IMG/VR virus record: IMGVR_UViG_3300046660_000219
Coordinates: 1-64,000 of that record
DNA length: 64,000 nucleotides
Reading direction: 5' to 3' (one strand)
The notes below the pieces were generated by a model. That model ran no database searches. It was not told where the DNA came from and saw only the letters and a program-made list of their open reading frames with translations. A program made the translations under genes and the position numbers. This document shows positions 47,791 through 57,410 of the stretch, piece after piece. Every line of letters starts with the position of its first letter. Position 1 is the stretch's first letter.

Positions 47791-49429
47791 TGCGATGACC
47801 AGTCAGGTTAAGGCGCGCAAAGATACGATTCACAAGTACGTGGATCGCATCGGACCTGACACCCACGGTTCAGCCAAAGCCGATGGCTCATCGTTGCAGA
47901 TCGTCAACGTCAAAGGCGTCAAGAAATTGTACTCTAGAGGTGACGCCAAGACCAATACCGGTCAAGACGTTAGCCATCTAATACCATTGTTGAAGATTGG
48001 TGAATGTCCGCCCGGTTACGCGATCCGCTTTGAGTGCGTGCTGACACGCGCGGCCTTTGAGCAAGTAAAAGTCATCACCAAGGGTAAGCGCATCAAGGAT
48101 TACACAGCGGCGCGTAACGTGGCGTCCAGTGGGATCGTCAACAACTCCCGCCCAGACCCTGCGATAGTTGCTCTCGCGTCTTGCCCGGCTTTTACTATTT
48201 ACAAGCCGAAGATGACGCCGCGCCAAGCCTTCGCCAGACTAGTTGAGCTGGGTTGGGAAGTGCCGCTCAATCAACCAATCACCGATCTGTCCCCTAGAGC
48301 ACTAACCCTATTGCTGAAGACGTGGGAGCGTACCGTTCCGTACGACATCGACGGTATCGTGCTGTCAAAGAACGTGCACGAAGCGCCAGTAGCCGGTAGC
48401 AATCCGCACCACAGCGTTGCGTTCAAGGTAGATAAGCCGCCACAAAAGGTAGTTGTCAGCAAGGTTGTTTGGGAGGCTTCACAATATGGTAGACTCAAAC
48501 CAGTCGCCCATTTCGTTACACCCGTCAACCTCAACGGAGCCGAGGTCAGTAAAGCCACCGCTCACGACGCAAGAATGGTTCGCACTAAACGTATTGGGCC
48601 AGGAGCAGAAATCTTCATTATTCGGTCCGGGGAAGTTATTCCGAAGATCGTCGGTGTAGCCAAGCCTGCACTTAAAGCGTCGTTCCCTAAAAAGGGTACG
48701 TACACGTGGAACGGTGCGAACATCGAGGCAGTGGGTGACAACTACCGGGCCGAGATCCTGACCCGTCAGCGTGTAGCGTTCTTCGCCGACATCGGCGTGC
48801 TTGGCCTAGGCGAGTCCGTGGCGTCCAAGCTGACGGCCCTGTCGATCCCAGAAATCGCCCGCAAGAGCCCGATTGAGCTACGGGCGCTGGGTGTGGGCCA
48901 AGCGGACTCAGTAAAGCTCCCAGCGGCCATTAAAAAGGCCCTGGAGACGACCTCCATGCCACGGCTCATGGCCGCGTCGTCGGTGTTTGGTTCTGGGTTC
49001 GGTCTGACCAAGGCCAATGCTGTGTGGGCTGTGCTAAAAGGTAACCCACCTAAAACCCGCGCGGAGCTTGTCGAACGCGTGGTCGCGCTGCATGGCTTCT
49101 CCAAGGTATCCGCTGAGTCGTTCGCCGCACGTTATGCGCAGTGGCTAAAGTTCCTCAAGGACTTACCCTTTAAACCGATCGTATCTGGCGGCTCTGGTAA
49201 ATTGGTCGGTAAGCTGTATGCGTTTTCCGAGTTCCGCGACAAGGAGCTGGAGAACTTCATCATAGACCAGGGTGGTCAAGTTAAAGGTAGCGTATCGAAA
49301 GCAACAACTGCTGTGTTCGCCCCTCCCGGTGCTAACAGCACTAAAGCGCAAAAGGCTAGATTGCTACAGGTGCCAATCGTACCGCCTAGCCAAGCGCGCG
49401 ACTTTATCGGGTATGAGCCTAAACCATAG
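47576..49429 (+). CDS. NAD+-dependent DNA ligase
   Basis: DSDFE, KADG, YDIDGIV, AFK, IRSGEVIPKI, HhH and BRCT-like tail. Confidence 0.9.
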   Translation: MARTYSFKTKAEAARFKPTYEAANNAFHNGDSIMLDSDFEALKEALLPWYPEIESHIGATQNASARMVPLPNAMTSQVKARKDTIHKYVDRIGPDTHGSAKADGSSLQIVNVKGVKKLYSRGDAKTNTGQDVSHLIPLLKIGECPPGYAIRFECVLTRAAFEQVKVITKGKRIKDYTAARNVASSGIVNNSRPDPAIVALASCPAFTIYKPKMTPRQAFARLVELGWEVPLNQPITDLSPRALTLLLKTWERTVPYDIDGIVLSKNVHEAPVAGSNPHHSVAFKVDKPPQKVVVSKVVWEASQYGRLKPVAHFVTPVNLNGAEVSKATAHDARMVRTKRIGPGAEIFIIRSGEVIPKIVGVAKPALKASFPKKGTYTWNGANIEAVGDNYRAEILTRQRVAFFADIGVLGLGESVASKLTALSIPEIARKSPIELRALGVGQADSVKLPAAIKKALETTSMPRLMAASSVFGSGFGLTKANAVWAVLKGNPPKTRAELVERVVALHGFSKVSAESFAARYAQWLKFLKDLPFKPIVSGGSGKLVGKLYAFSEFRDKELENFIIDQGGQVKGSVSKATTAVFAPPGANSTKAQKARLLQVPIVPPSQARDFIGYEPKP

Positions 49430-49458
49430 CCTAACCTTCGGCTAATTTACTATTGAGC

Positions 49459-49493
49459 AAGCGCGCTGGGTTCACCGCTCAGCGCGCTTTTTT
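49459..49493 (+). terminator. Intrinsic terminator
   Basis: AAGCGCGCTGGG..CTCAGCGCGCTTTTTT. Confidence 0.8.
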
Positions 49494-49581
49494 GTTGTCT
49501 AAATCACAGGCAAAATAGTATAGTGCTTGCTAGTCACGGCCAGACTGAGCCTATACTTAAGCCATCACTATGGGACGAATA

Positions 49582-50136
49582 ATGAGCTACGTAAGAGACA
49601 TAACAGAACGCACCATGCACGAGATAGCTGACCATTTTGGGCCTAAGCCCTTGACGCAAACTGATCTGGCTAACTATTGGAACGCCAGTGCTGTTGCGCC
49701 GCGAAAGGCTATGAAGCTGGACGTTACCGCGCGCCTAGCGCAAACAGGTGAGAAGGTCGTTACTACTATTAACGGTAAGGTGGAGACGGTAAATATCGCC
49801 AAGACTGAAAGCGTCGTAGTACGCAATCAAACAGGCGAAGAGTATATTCTGCCGTACTCTACCTTTAAAGATCAATACAGCGGACCACCAGTTAATGGAA
49901 CCTATCAGGAATACGAAAGCATCGGCTTCCGCTATGTCATGCCGTACGATGGCAACGCTACGCAGCTAGAGGCGTCGTGGGGTGAATTGCAGACGTTAGA
50001 GCCCGGCGACATGCTAGGTTGCCTGACTTCTGGTCCTAACGGTGACATCTACCGTATCGCCTACGACGCCTGGAAAGACGGTTACAGTTTCATCGATGAC
50101 GGAACTACCGACCCGCGCCTTAAGCTTACGGTCTAG
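49582..50136 (+). CDS. PGDYG-like domain protein with E14-x-A16 leader
   Basis: GEEYIL..F...Y, ASWGE, EPGDML, DIYRI. Confidence 0.6.
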   Translation: MSYVRDITERTMHEIADHFGPKPLTQTDLANYWNASAVAPRKAMKLDVTARLAQTGEKVVTTINGKVETVNIAKTESVVVRNQTGEEYILPYSTFKDQYSGPPVNGTYQEYESIGFRYVMPYDGNATQLEASWGELQTLEPGDMLGCLTSGPNGDIYRIAYDAWKDGYSFIDDGTTDPRLKLTV

Positions 50137-50147
50137 GAGCTTTATAG

Positions 50148-50663
50148 ATGAGCCACGTAGCTGCCAGACTCTCGCGCCTGTTTGCAGAATTCGCTCAACA
50201 AACCAGAGTTCAGCATGTGGTTATTGACGCCAAAAATGGTATGGGTGCGACGCCTAACGGCGCTGACATCGATTACTTTGGCGTCCAAGTTCGTATGAAG
50301 CCTCTTGTGTTTTTGGATCTAGCAGACAAGCTACGAGGCGGTGCACAACGCATTGCAGCTATAGCTAATAAAATCGAAGAAGGTGCTCCCATAGCACCAC
50401 CATTTCTTACTATTATGGTGCCGAGTAATTGGCGGGACGCTGATTTTTCCGGTGTGCTACCAAAGATCGTTGGACATGACGGTCGCCATAGAATGCGTGC
50501 TGTCGCGCAAGTATTTGGCCCAGAGCCTATACCAGTCAATCTTTTTCTAAAGTCGCCCGATCGTCAATGGCGGGGGTCTAACATTACGCCAGATGTTCTT
50601 GATCACCTTAGAAAGGGTATGATCGAGCAAGATGGTTCCCGTGTTGTACAAGATGCGTTCTAA
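50148..50663 (+). CDS. ParB/Srx-like domain protein with E14-x-A16 leader
   Basis: APPFL...IVGHDGRHRMRA. Confidence 0.65.
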   Translation: MSHVAARLSRLFAEFAQQTRVQHVVIDAKNGMGATPNGADIDYFGVQVRMKPLVFLDLADKLRGGAQRIAAIANKIEEGAPIAPPFLTIMVPSNWRDADFSGVLPKIVGHDGRHRMRAVAQVFGPEPIPVNLFLKSPDRQWRGSNITPDVLDHLRKGMIEQDGSRVVQDAF

Positions 50664-50674
50664 GGAAACAAGCC

Positions 50675-51202
50675 ATGAGCTTCGTCAAAGATATAGCAGA
50701 TAAAACCTTACGGGAAGTGGCTAATGCTTTTCCACTCGCGCACAGCCCGCACTACATCTATGACCCTGTAAATAGTTATCAGAGTGGCGCGGCTGCTGGT
50801 GCTTTTCTGTACTCGCAGGATCGCGGTAACTTCTGCCTTCTTCAACGTGGGCACGCCGGTGATCAATCCGGTACATGGGGCACGGCTGGCGGTTTATTAA
50901 ATCCAGGTGAATCAGAGGCCGATGCAATACCGCGTCTCCTGAAAAGCACTATTGGCTATATCGGTGAAATTGTAGCCCTGGTTCCCATCTACATTTACCA
51001 GCGTGCTGCTTTTACATACGAAACTTTCGCGGCTGTCGTGCGTGAAGAATTCGTACCAGATTTAACACCCGATATTACAGGTTTCCGGTGGGATAAATTC
51101 GGCCGCTGGCCTGATCCGTTGCACTACGGTTGGCAGGCGGTAATGGATGACAAAACTGCCTATGAGCGTGTGATGCAAGTAGACATCACTTACGGCCTGT
51201 AA
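50675..51202 (+). CDS. Nudix-fold protein, degenerate box, with E14-x-A16 leader
   Basis: LLQR...GTWGTAGGLLNPGES...RLLKSTIGY. Confidence 0.7.
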   Translation: MSFVKDIADKTLREVANAFPLAHSPHYIYDPVNSYQSGAAAGAFLYSQDRGNFCLLQRGHAGDQSGTWGTAGGLLNPGESEADAIPRLLKSTIGYIGEIVALVPIYIYQRAAFTYETFAAVVREEFVPDLTPDITGFRWDKFGRWPDPLHYGWQAVMDDKTAYERVMQVDITYGL

Positions 51203-51264
51203 CGATAATACTAGATCAGTATCCGCCTAATTTAAGTACTGAATAGCCCTAAGAGGAATACACC

Positions 51265-52113
51265 ATGGAACTCTGCCTTGCTATCATGCTGGCGGCTAAG
51301 AAGGCCGGTATCCTCGCTGGCGGTGACGGCAAGGACGGCACGCACGTCTATACCGTTGTTGACGCCCGTGATCCGGTTACCGTGGTCATTCGGCCGACTG
51401 GTCGTGCTACCCTTTCTACCGTTGAGAGTGACAAGGAACACCACTTCACGCTGAATGACGAGGATGACGTCGCTTCGCTGTTCGAGACCCTGGCCAAGAT
51501 GTTGATTGAGGAAAATCTCGACACCAAGGCTAACCGCTTGCTCAAGATTATCGAGTCAATGGGCGCTCAAGCCGACTCGGAGATTGAAGCGGACGGTGAC
51601 AATGCTACAGTTTCCGCCGATGACTCGGAAGAGGACGATACCAGTGAAGACGATGAAGAAGAGTACGAAGAGGAAGCTCGCGTGACCCAACCTTCTTTGC
51701 TGTCTAACAAGAGCGCCGCCTTAGACCTTTTTGAGCAAGAGTTAGCCACGGCGGCACAGCTTCCTATGCATATGCCTGCTGTGGATTTGGTTGTCGCTCC
51801 CGTTGAAACGGCGGCTAGCGCGTTAATGTCGTCGTGCGTTGATATGGTAGTGCTGACCAACATGACGAAGGGTGATTTCACGGTCTTTCAGATCATGGCA
51901 GCCTTAGCCGAAATGGTTGGTCATACCGACGCCGCGCGTATCTTCAACGCTGTGCAAACCTTCCACGAAGTAAATGGTATTCTGCCAGGCGGAGTAGGCG
52001 AACTGGCAGACCAGTGGATCTACAAGCTCATGGGCTATGTGGTTGACACGGCGGGTCCGATTACTGGTGCCGAGGTGCGCGGTACGCTCATCTCGTACAT
52101 GCCTATGATTTAG
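51265..52113 (+). CDS. Acidic hypothetical protein, putative head protein
   Basis: GAGGA RBS; acidic linker, EEA/ELA/ETA motifs. Confidence 0.7.
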   Translation: MELCLAIMLAAKKAGILAGGDGKDGTHVYTVVDARDPVTVVIRPTGRATLSTVESDKEHHFTLNDEDDVASLFETLAKMLIEENLDTKANRLLKIIESMGAQADSEIEADGDNATVSADDSEEDDTSEDDEEEYEEEARVTQPSLLSNKSAALDLFEQELATAAQLPMHMPAVDLVVAPVETAASALMSSCVDMVVLTNMTKGDFTVFQIMAALAEMVGHTDAARIFNAVQTFHEVNGILPGGVGELADQWIYKLMGYVVDTAGPITGAEVRGTLISYMPMI

Positions 52114-52123
52114 GAGCACCGTT

Positions 52124-52252
52124 ATGAGCAAACTCACTAGACGCTCTGTTGTGCATGGTAGCAGTGCTACCGTTTTACGCTCCGCTATTAATGGCGCAGT
52201 CCTTGTTTCTGCCATAAATGGTAAATTGTTGACTAGTGCTCGGAGCACCTAA
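52124..52252 (+). CDS. 42-aa MSKLxRR peptide
   Basis: Hand translation MSKLTRRSVVHGSSATVLRSAINGAVLVSAINGKLLTSARST; AGGAG RBS. Confidence 0.75.
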   Translation: MSKLTRRSVVHGSSATVLRSAINGAVLVSAINGKLLTSARST

Positions 52253-52253
52253 C

Positions 52254-53798
52254 ATGACCGTTCTAAACGAACTTGAATTGGCTTCTGCTGGTGGGGCTAC
52301 GGCTGCTAGTGTTCGTCAGCGGGCTATCTTGTCGGCACTACGGTTTACGCCTGGGGTATTGCCGCTGGCGGCTTCCGCTCCTACCGTAACGGTAGCTACT
52401 AACGGCACAGCGACAATCACCAGTACGGTTGACGTGTCAAAGACTACACCTAACACAACGATACCTGTAACGAATGCGAAAATCGCTACTGTTGGTACTC
52501 CGTTGAGAGCTGTGAATTCACAGCTTTTCATGGGTAATAGTATTCAACAAGATGCCGCTAACACCGCGACATCGCGTCGGTCCAATCGACAGCGTTATCG
52601 TTTTTTGTTTGACGGTCCAGTGTTTGAAGCCGCTTTTACCAATCGCCAGGGTCGCGTTTGCATCATGGTCGATGGTGAGATGGTGTTCAATGCTCAAACA
52701 GAGCCGCGTCTCCCTATACAGTTATTGAACGACCAAAATGCGTCATTGGTAAAGGTAGATTTCGGTACTAACACGCCGTCTCTTTACGCGTCCTTCGTTC
52801 AAAACAACGGCGCGCCCGCCGTTGGTGGTAGCGGTTACGTGGTAGGCGAAGTTATTACTATGACAGGTGGGACTTTTACTGCACCTGCAAAAATAAAGGT
52901 AACAGCGATAAATGCCGGTGCCGTGCTCTCGGGGCAGATCGTAGATCCTGGCATTTATTCAGTGTTCCCAAACAATAACGTCGCACAGGGATCAACCACA
53001 GGGTCTGGGACTGGTGCGACGTGGAACCTAGTCTCTAGTGCTAGACATTCGGTACGACGTATGCGCCGTATTGAAATTATAACGTCTGGCGATAACTATC
53101 AGCCATACGTGATAGGTATCAATGTTGGTGCACAAGATTGCGTGCAGCCGTGGCCCGTAGTTGGTCCGCGCATCCTGTTCCTTGGTGACAGTCTTGTCGC
53201 TAATACCTTTTCTGACTGGCCGACTGGTGGTTTTGCGGATCTATCTGGTCAGTTTCTTGGCCTGGATGACATCTGGATTTCTGGTCGCAGCGGCGAAGGG
53301 TATTTGCAGCAAGTTAGTGGCGTCAAGTTGCGTGATCGCCTAATCAACGATGTGTACGCATACACCCCGGACATCATTGTTACCTGCATGGGCTACAATG
53401 ATAAGGCGCAAGATCCTACGGCGCTACAAGCCGAGGTGCAGGCCTGTCATGCTGACCTTCTAACCAATCTGCCCAATGCATTCCATTTCGCGATGAACGC
53501 CCATCGTGATTACTTAACTAGCCTTACTCCTCCAGCTAACGTCACAAATGCTATCGCAGCCGGTATTAATGCGGCCTACGCATCTTATGCTAATCGGGCG
53601 CGATTTATCGACAGTGTAGCCTTGGGTTGGGATGTTGGTGGTAGTGGTACCGTAAAAGCACCGACTGGTGTTGGTACGAGTGATTTCTGGATATCCAGCG
53701 ATACACTGCACATGACGCAGGCTGGCCACGAGCGCCGCGCCTACTTGCTAGCGCAGGCTATCTACTCAGCTTCGCGGTCTATTCTGCTGAACATCTAG
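52254..53798 (+). CDS. SGNH hydrolase with fibre-like insert and variant tag
   Basis: MTVLNELELASAGG; GGSGYVVGE insert; GDSL, GYND, DTLH. Confidence 0.8.
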   Translation: MTVLNELELASAGGATAASVRQRAILSALRFTPGVLPLAASAPTVTVATNGTATITSTVDVSKTTPNTTIPVTNAKIATVGTPLRAVNSQLFMGNSIQQDAANTATSRRSNRQRYRFLFDGPVFEAAFTNRQGRVCIMVDGEMVFNAQTEPRLPIQLLNDQNASLVKVDFGTNTPSLYASFVQNNGAPAVGGSGYVVGEVITMTGGTFTAPAKIKVTAINAGAVLSGQIVDPGIYSVFPNNNVAQGSTTGSGTGATWNLVSSARHSVRRMRRIEIITSGDNYQPYVIGINVGAQDCVQPWPVVGPRILFLGDSLVANTFSDWPTGGFADLSGQFLGLDDIWISGRSGEGYLQQVSGVKLRDRLINDVYAYTPDIIVTCMGYNDKAQDPTALQAEVQACHADLLTNLPNAFHFAMNAHRDYLTSLTPPANVTNAIAAGINAAYASYANRARFIDSVALGWDVGGSGTVKAPTGVGTSDFWISSDTLHMTQAGHERRAYLLAQAIYSASRSILLNI

Positions 53799-53844
53799 TA
53801 GTGTAGATTACCATTACGCTCTAAACAATATAGGAGTTACAGCT

Positions 53845-54642
53845 ATGAGTGCGGAGCGTTTCATTGAGACCGCCGATTGTCATGGTTTCCAAGCCTATTC
53901 GCTGCATGATGTGCTAAACGGTAGAGAAGACGATGCCAAGCGCGCGTTAATCACTGCCGGTATGGAAGTCAGTGACGGTGCTAGCGGTGCAGCTCTGGGT
54001 ATGGGGTGGCTTGAAGCCGCCGCTAGTCACTACAATGTCTCGCGCGATCCGAAAGACTACGTCATTGCACCGGTTAGCATCCTCGTTTCGGGCATGCCTA
54101 ACCGCAATGGTGTAGCATTTCCTTTGCGCGAGCTTGCTGCGTTCGACGTCGAATACAAGCAAATGGCTTACGAGACGTGGACCCGCTCGCCGGTGTTCTA
54201 CGAACACGCCAACGAAGATCACACCAAAGCACTCGGCGTGATCTTCGACACGACGATGCGTCATGCGCCAGAATTCGCTGGAGACGTACTATTTCGTGTC
54301 AATGCGTTGTGTGGTGTTGACCGTACGCGTGCACCAATGCTGGCTAATCGTGTTTTGACAGGTAACCTTAAGACGTGGAGCATGGGTGCTAGCGTTGCGC
54401 AGTATCAGTGCTCGATCTGCGGTCACAAGCCGACCAAGACCAGCCGTCGCTGTGAGCATATGAGCCTGGACAACAGGCAAATGCGTACCTTTGTTGGTGC
54501 ATCCGGTCGCCCCCCTAAGCTCGCTCACTACACGTGCGCGGGCATTCGTGGTTTCGAGACTTCGATGGTTGAGATTCCCGCTTGGGCTTCAGCGCAAAAT
54601 GAGCCTAATCAGCTCATGTCGCTGTACTCCCCCGCCGACTAA
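53845..54642 (+). CDS. Prohead (capsid maturation) protease
   Basis: NRNGVAFP..EL, PVFYEH, GVIFD, WSMG..CSICG, SMVEIPA. Confidence 0.7.
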   Translation: MSAERFIETADCHGFQAYSLHDVLNGREDDAKRALITAGMEVSDGASGAALGMGWLEAAASHYNVSRDPKDYVIAPVSILVSGMPNRNGVAFPLRELAAFDVEYKQMAYETWTRSPVFYEHANEDHTKALGVIFDTTMRHAPEFAGDVLFRVNALCGVDRTRAPMLANRVLTGNLKTWSMGASVAQYQCSICGHKPTKTSRRCEHMSLDNRQMRTFVGASGRPPKLAHYTCAGIRGFETSMVEIPAWASAQNEPNQLMSLYSPAD

Positions 54643-54657
54643 TAAGGAAATAGTAAC

Positions 54658-56040
54658 ATGGCTACTGCCGTTTTGTCGGCTTCTGATCTCGCCACGGCGG
54701 GTGGTTCGATCAATCTTTCGACGCGTTTGCGTCGCCTTGCGGAAAGGGCTGCGCTAAGTAACCCTTTCGATACGCCGCCTTTGGTGGTTCCACCCGACTA
54801 CGCTAACTCTACGGCGCTCCTGCAAGGGCACGTCGTCAAGAGTGGCGGTAACATGTTCATGACGGTGACGGCTGGTACTACTGCATCTAGCGGTACGCCG
54901 TCTACAGCCAATGGTGACGCCAATACTAACGGTACGGCGGCCCTGGCTTTCATGGGACCTATACCGCGCACCGCCGACGATCCTAGCGCACCTACTGTTA
55001 CTTTCGTAACGAGTAACCCGGCGCTCGGCGTTGTCTGGGACCCGGTTGGTAATCCTACTCTTTATCGTGCACTAGGTGCTACGCCGCAAGCCTATCGTAC
55101 GTCTCTCTGGGAGCTGCGTTCTTTCGTCCCGGCTGCTAGTGCGGCTACTGTTTGTCGTAGCGCGGTCATTCAGACGATCGTGGACGATTTCAAGTTCGCT
55201 GTCTCCATCCCGTCGAATTCGCAAAGTGTGCGTATCGCTATTGACGGTCAATTCTACAGTGTGTCGAGCTGGAACCCTGGTGGTTCTGACTCCTGGGCTG
55301 TTTTTGACTACACCGGCAAAGCCGCGAAGAAGCATCGCCTCGTTAGTGTTTACACTAACAAGAGCACTAGCTATTTCGGTGGCGTGCAAACGACCACGGC
55401 TGGACAGATTCACACGCCACCCGTCTCTGACACCATCAGAATGGTAGAATGTGCTGACAGCCTTGGCGCTGGTGCTGGTCCTGGCCCGTGGGGTGCGGGT
55501 AACGCCCCGGCTGTCGCTTTCGGTTCGATGATCGGCGTCGAAGATGTGTGGGTGCTGTCTACCGGCTCGACCGGCGACATCGCTAACGCTACTAACACTG
55601 CGTACAATTACGCAGAGCGCGTTCCGCAGATCATTGCTCTCGCGCCGCATATCATTTGGATACCGACATCGACTAACGATCTCGTGTCCACTACGAGTGC
55701 GGTTACCGCCGCACGTGTCGCTACGCTGCAAGCGTTACGCGCTGGTTTGCCTAACGCAATCATCGTCAATGAAGGTATCTGGCCCGTTCTGAACGGTGGT
55801 AACACCGCTGCTGTGACGGCACTAGAGAACGCTGTAAAAGCGGCTCACGATACCGTTGTTGACGCGCGCATGTTCTGGGTTCCGCGTGCTACTGAAACGC
55901 CGCCGTGGATCACCAGCAACAACCGTGGTTGGAACATCGCGGCCGACGGCATTCACCCGCCTGACGCGGGTTCGTTGTACATCGCCCGTCAGCGTGCGCT
56001 CGCTTGGCGTCGCTACGTCCTACCGTTCTTGCAAGGCTAA
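54658..56040 (+). CDS. Tagged SGNH hydrolase
   Basis: MATAVLSASDLATAGG; ADSL, STND, DGIH. Confidence 0.8.
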   Translation: MATAVLSASDLATAGGSINLSTRLRRLAERAALSNPFDTPPLVVPPDYANSTALLQGHVVKSGGNMFMTVTAGTTASSGTPSTANGDANTNGTAALAFMGPIPRTADDPSAPTVTFVTSNPALGVVWDPVGNPTLYRALGATPQAYRTSLWELRSFVPAASAATVCRSAVIQTIVDDFKFAVSIPSNSQSVRIAIDGQFYSVSSWNPGGSDSWAVFDYTGKAAKKHRLVSVYTNKSTSYFGGVQTTTAGQIHTPPVSDTIRMVECADSLGAGAGPGPWGAGNAPAVAFGSMIGVEDVWVLSTGSTGDIANATNTAYNYAERVPQIIALAPHIIWIPTSTNDLVSTTSAVTAARVATLQALRAGLPNAIIVNEGIWPVLNGGNTAAVTALENAVKAAHDTVVDARMFWVPRATETPPWITSNNRGWNIAADGIHPPDAGSLYIARQRALAWRRYVLPFLQG

Positions 56041-56060
56041 CGCACAAAGGAAATACTATT

Positions 56061-57389
56061 ATGACAACTGCGGTCCTTGCTGCTTCAGATTTAGCCACGG
56101 CTGGTGGTGCGTTAGCTAACGGGTCGCGCTCGTTCACTGGTACGCGCGTCTATACGGGCATGGGTGTAACTGCGTCTACCGCCTATCCTGGCTACACTTG
56201 GCAACAAATGGTAGCTGCGCCTGGACCTTTTGACGCTGTGCGCTTGATTTTCGCCAACACTACCAACGCTGCCGTGACGATTGACGCGGTGTGTTGCGGC
56301 GCTACGTCTAGCATTGCCGCTTATGATAACGTCTCAGGTACGGGTGTCAGCGGTCGTGCGGCACAATGGGTGCTAGGGAAATTTACAGCACCGGGAGCGG
56401 CTAGCACAACGGCTGGTGTAATGCCTGCCAACACCAACGCTGACATTACGGTAGAAGCGCTGGCGGGTGGTGCTACCTTTGCTACCATTCCTTCGCTCTT
56501 CTATTCCGACTGGATGGCTTGTGAGAGTGTAGCGCGCACGGATGGCGGTACAAAGCCGTTGGTTTTGGTGCGCGCTTACATTTCCCAGGCTGGTGCTATT
56601 CCGCTGTTTGGTACGAACTCATCGATCCCGGATTGGGATGACGAGACCAAGATCGGACTGGTTATTCAGAACCGACAGAAGGTGAATGACTTCGTCACCG
56701 TTAACAACGGTAGCTACACTTTTGCCGGCGAATTCCCGAACAATCCCATTCTTGGCGTTGAGTTCGCCATGCGCGTTCCTACTATTACGATGGTAGGCAT
56801 TGGCGATAGTAAGGTGCGCGGTCAGGCCAGCACGCCTGACGGCTACAATTATATGGAGATTTTAGCTAACTCTGTCAGCACTTTGACGGCTCCTGTCATA
56901 CCGGCCATTTACGGATGGGGCGGCCAACAGACGTCGTACAATTTCTCGCGCTGGCAGAAGCTTATTGCGGCTGGTATCAAACCACAAATTGCGATCTTCT
57001 CGCCGTTCTCTCAGAACAACTGGACAGGTACGGCCAGCCAAGTGTCGTCGGCGCAATATGCTACTATTCAATTCGTACGCTCCTGTTGCGAACGCGGTAT
57101 CTTCCCTATCCTCGTGACCGGCGAACCTATTGGTGCGGTTGACGACAGCAGCCCTACTCTACAAGCAGATAATGCTAGAAAGCTGGTGAACACTTTCATC
57201 CGCAATCTTGAGAGCACTTACGTGGGTGTCTTCGACAACGCAACGGTTATGGGTGACGGTGCTACGCCAGAACGGTATAAGCCATCTATGGTTAGCTCTG
57301 ACCACGTGCACCCCAACCTTGTCGGTCATCAAGCTGCCGCTACAGCGGCGTTGCCGAAACTGCAAGCGATCCTCGCGCGTATTCGCTAG
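56061..57389 (+). CDS. Tagged SGNH hydrolase
   Basis: MTTAVLAASDLATAGG; GDSK, SQNN, DHVH. Confidence 0.8.
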   Translation: MTTAVLAASDLATAGGALANGSRSFTGTRVYTGMGVTASTAYPGYTWQQMVAAPGPFDAVRLIFANTTNAAVTIDAVCCGATSSIAAYDNVSGTGVSGRAAQWVLGKFTAPGAASTTAGVMPANTNADITVEALAGGATFATIPSLFYSDWMACESVARTDGGTKPLVLVRAYISQAGAIPLFGTNSSIPDWDDETKIGLVIQNRQKVNDFVTVNNGSYTFAGEFPNNPILGVEFAMRVPTITMVGIGDSKVRGQASTPDGYNYMEILANSVSTLTAPVIPAIYGWGGQQTSYNFSRWQKLIAAGIKPQIAIFSPFSQNNWTGTASQVSSAQYATIQFVRSCCERGIFPILVTGEPIGAVDDSSPTLQADNARKLVNTFIRNLESTYVGVFDNATVMGDGATPERYKPSMVSSDHVHPNLVGHQAAATAALPKLQAILARIR

Positions 57390-57410
57390 CACATTCAAGG
57401 AATAAATAGT

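Noticed and set aside
35564-49429. Inteins or introns in the SNF2 ATPase or ligase
   Set aside because: No splice-junction or LAGLIDADG motifs noticed; core motifs are in order in one frame
45104-52252. Tat signal peptides (RRTVLK, TRRSVV) in the 42-aa ORFs
   Set aside because: No convincing hydrophobic h-region, and a stop separates them from the downstream protein
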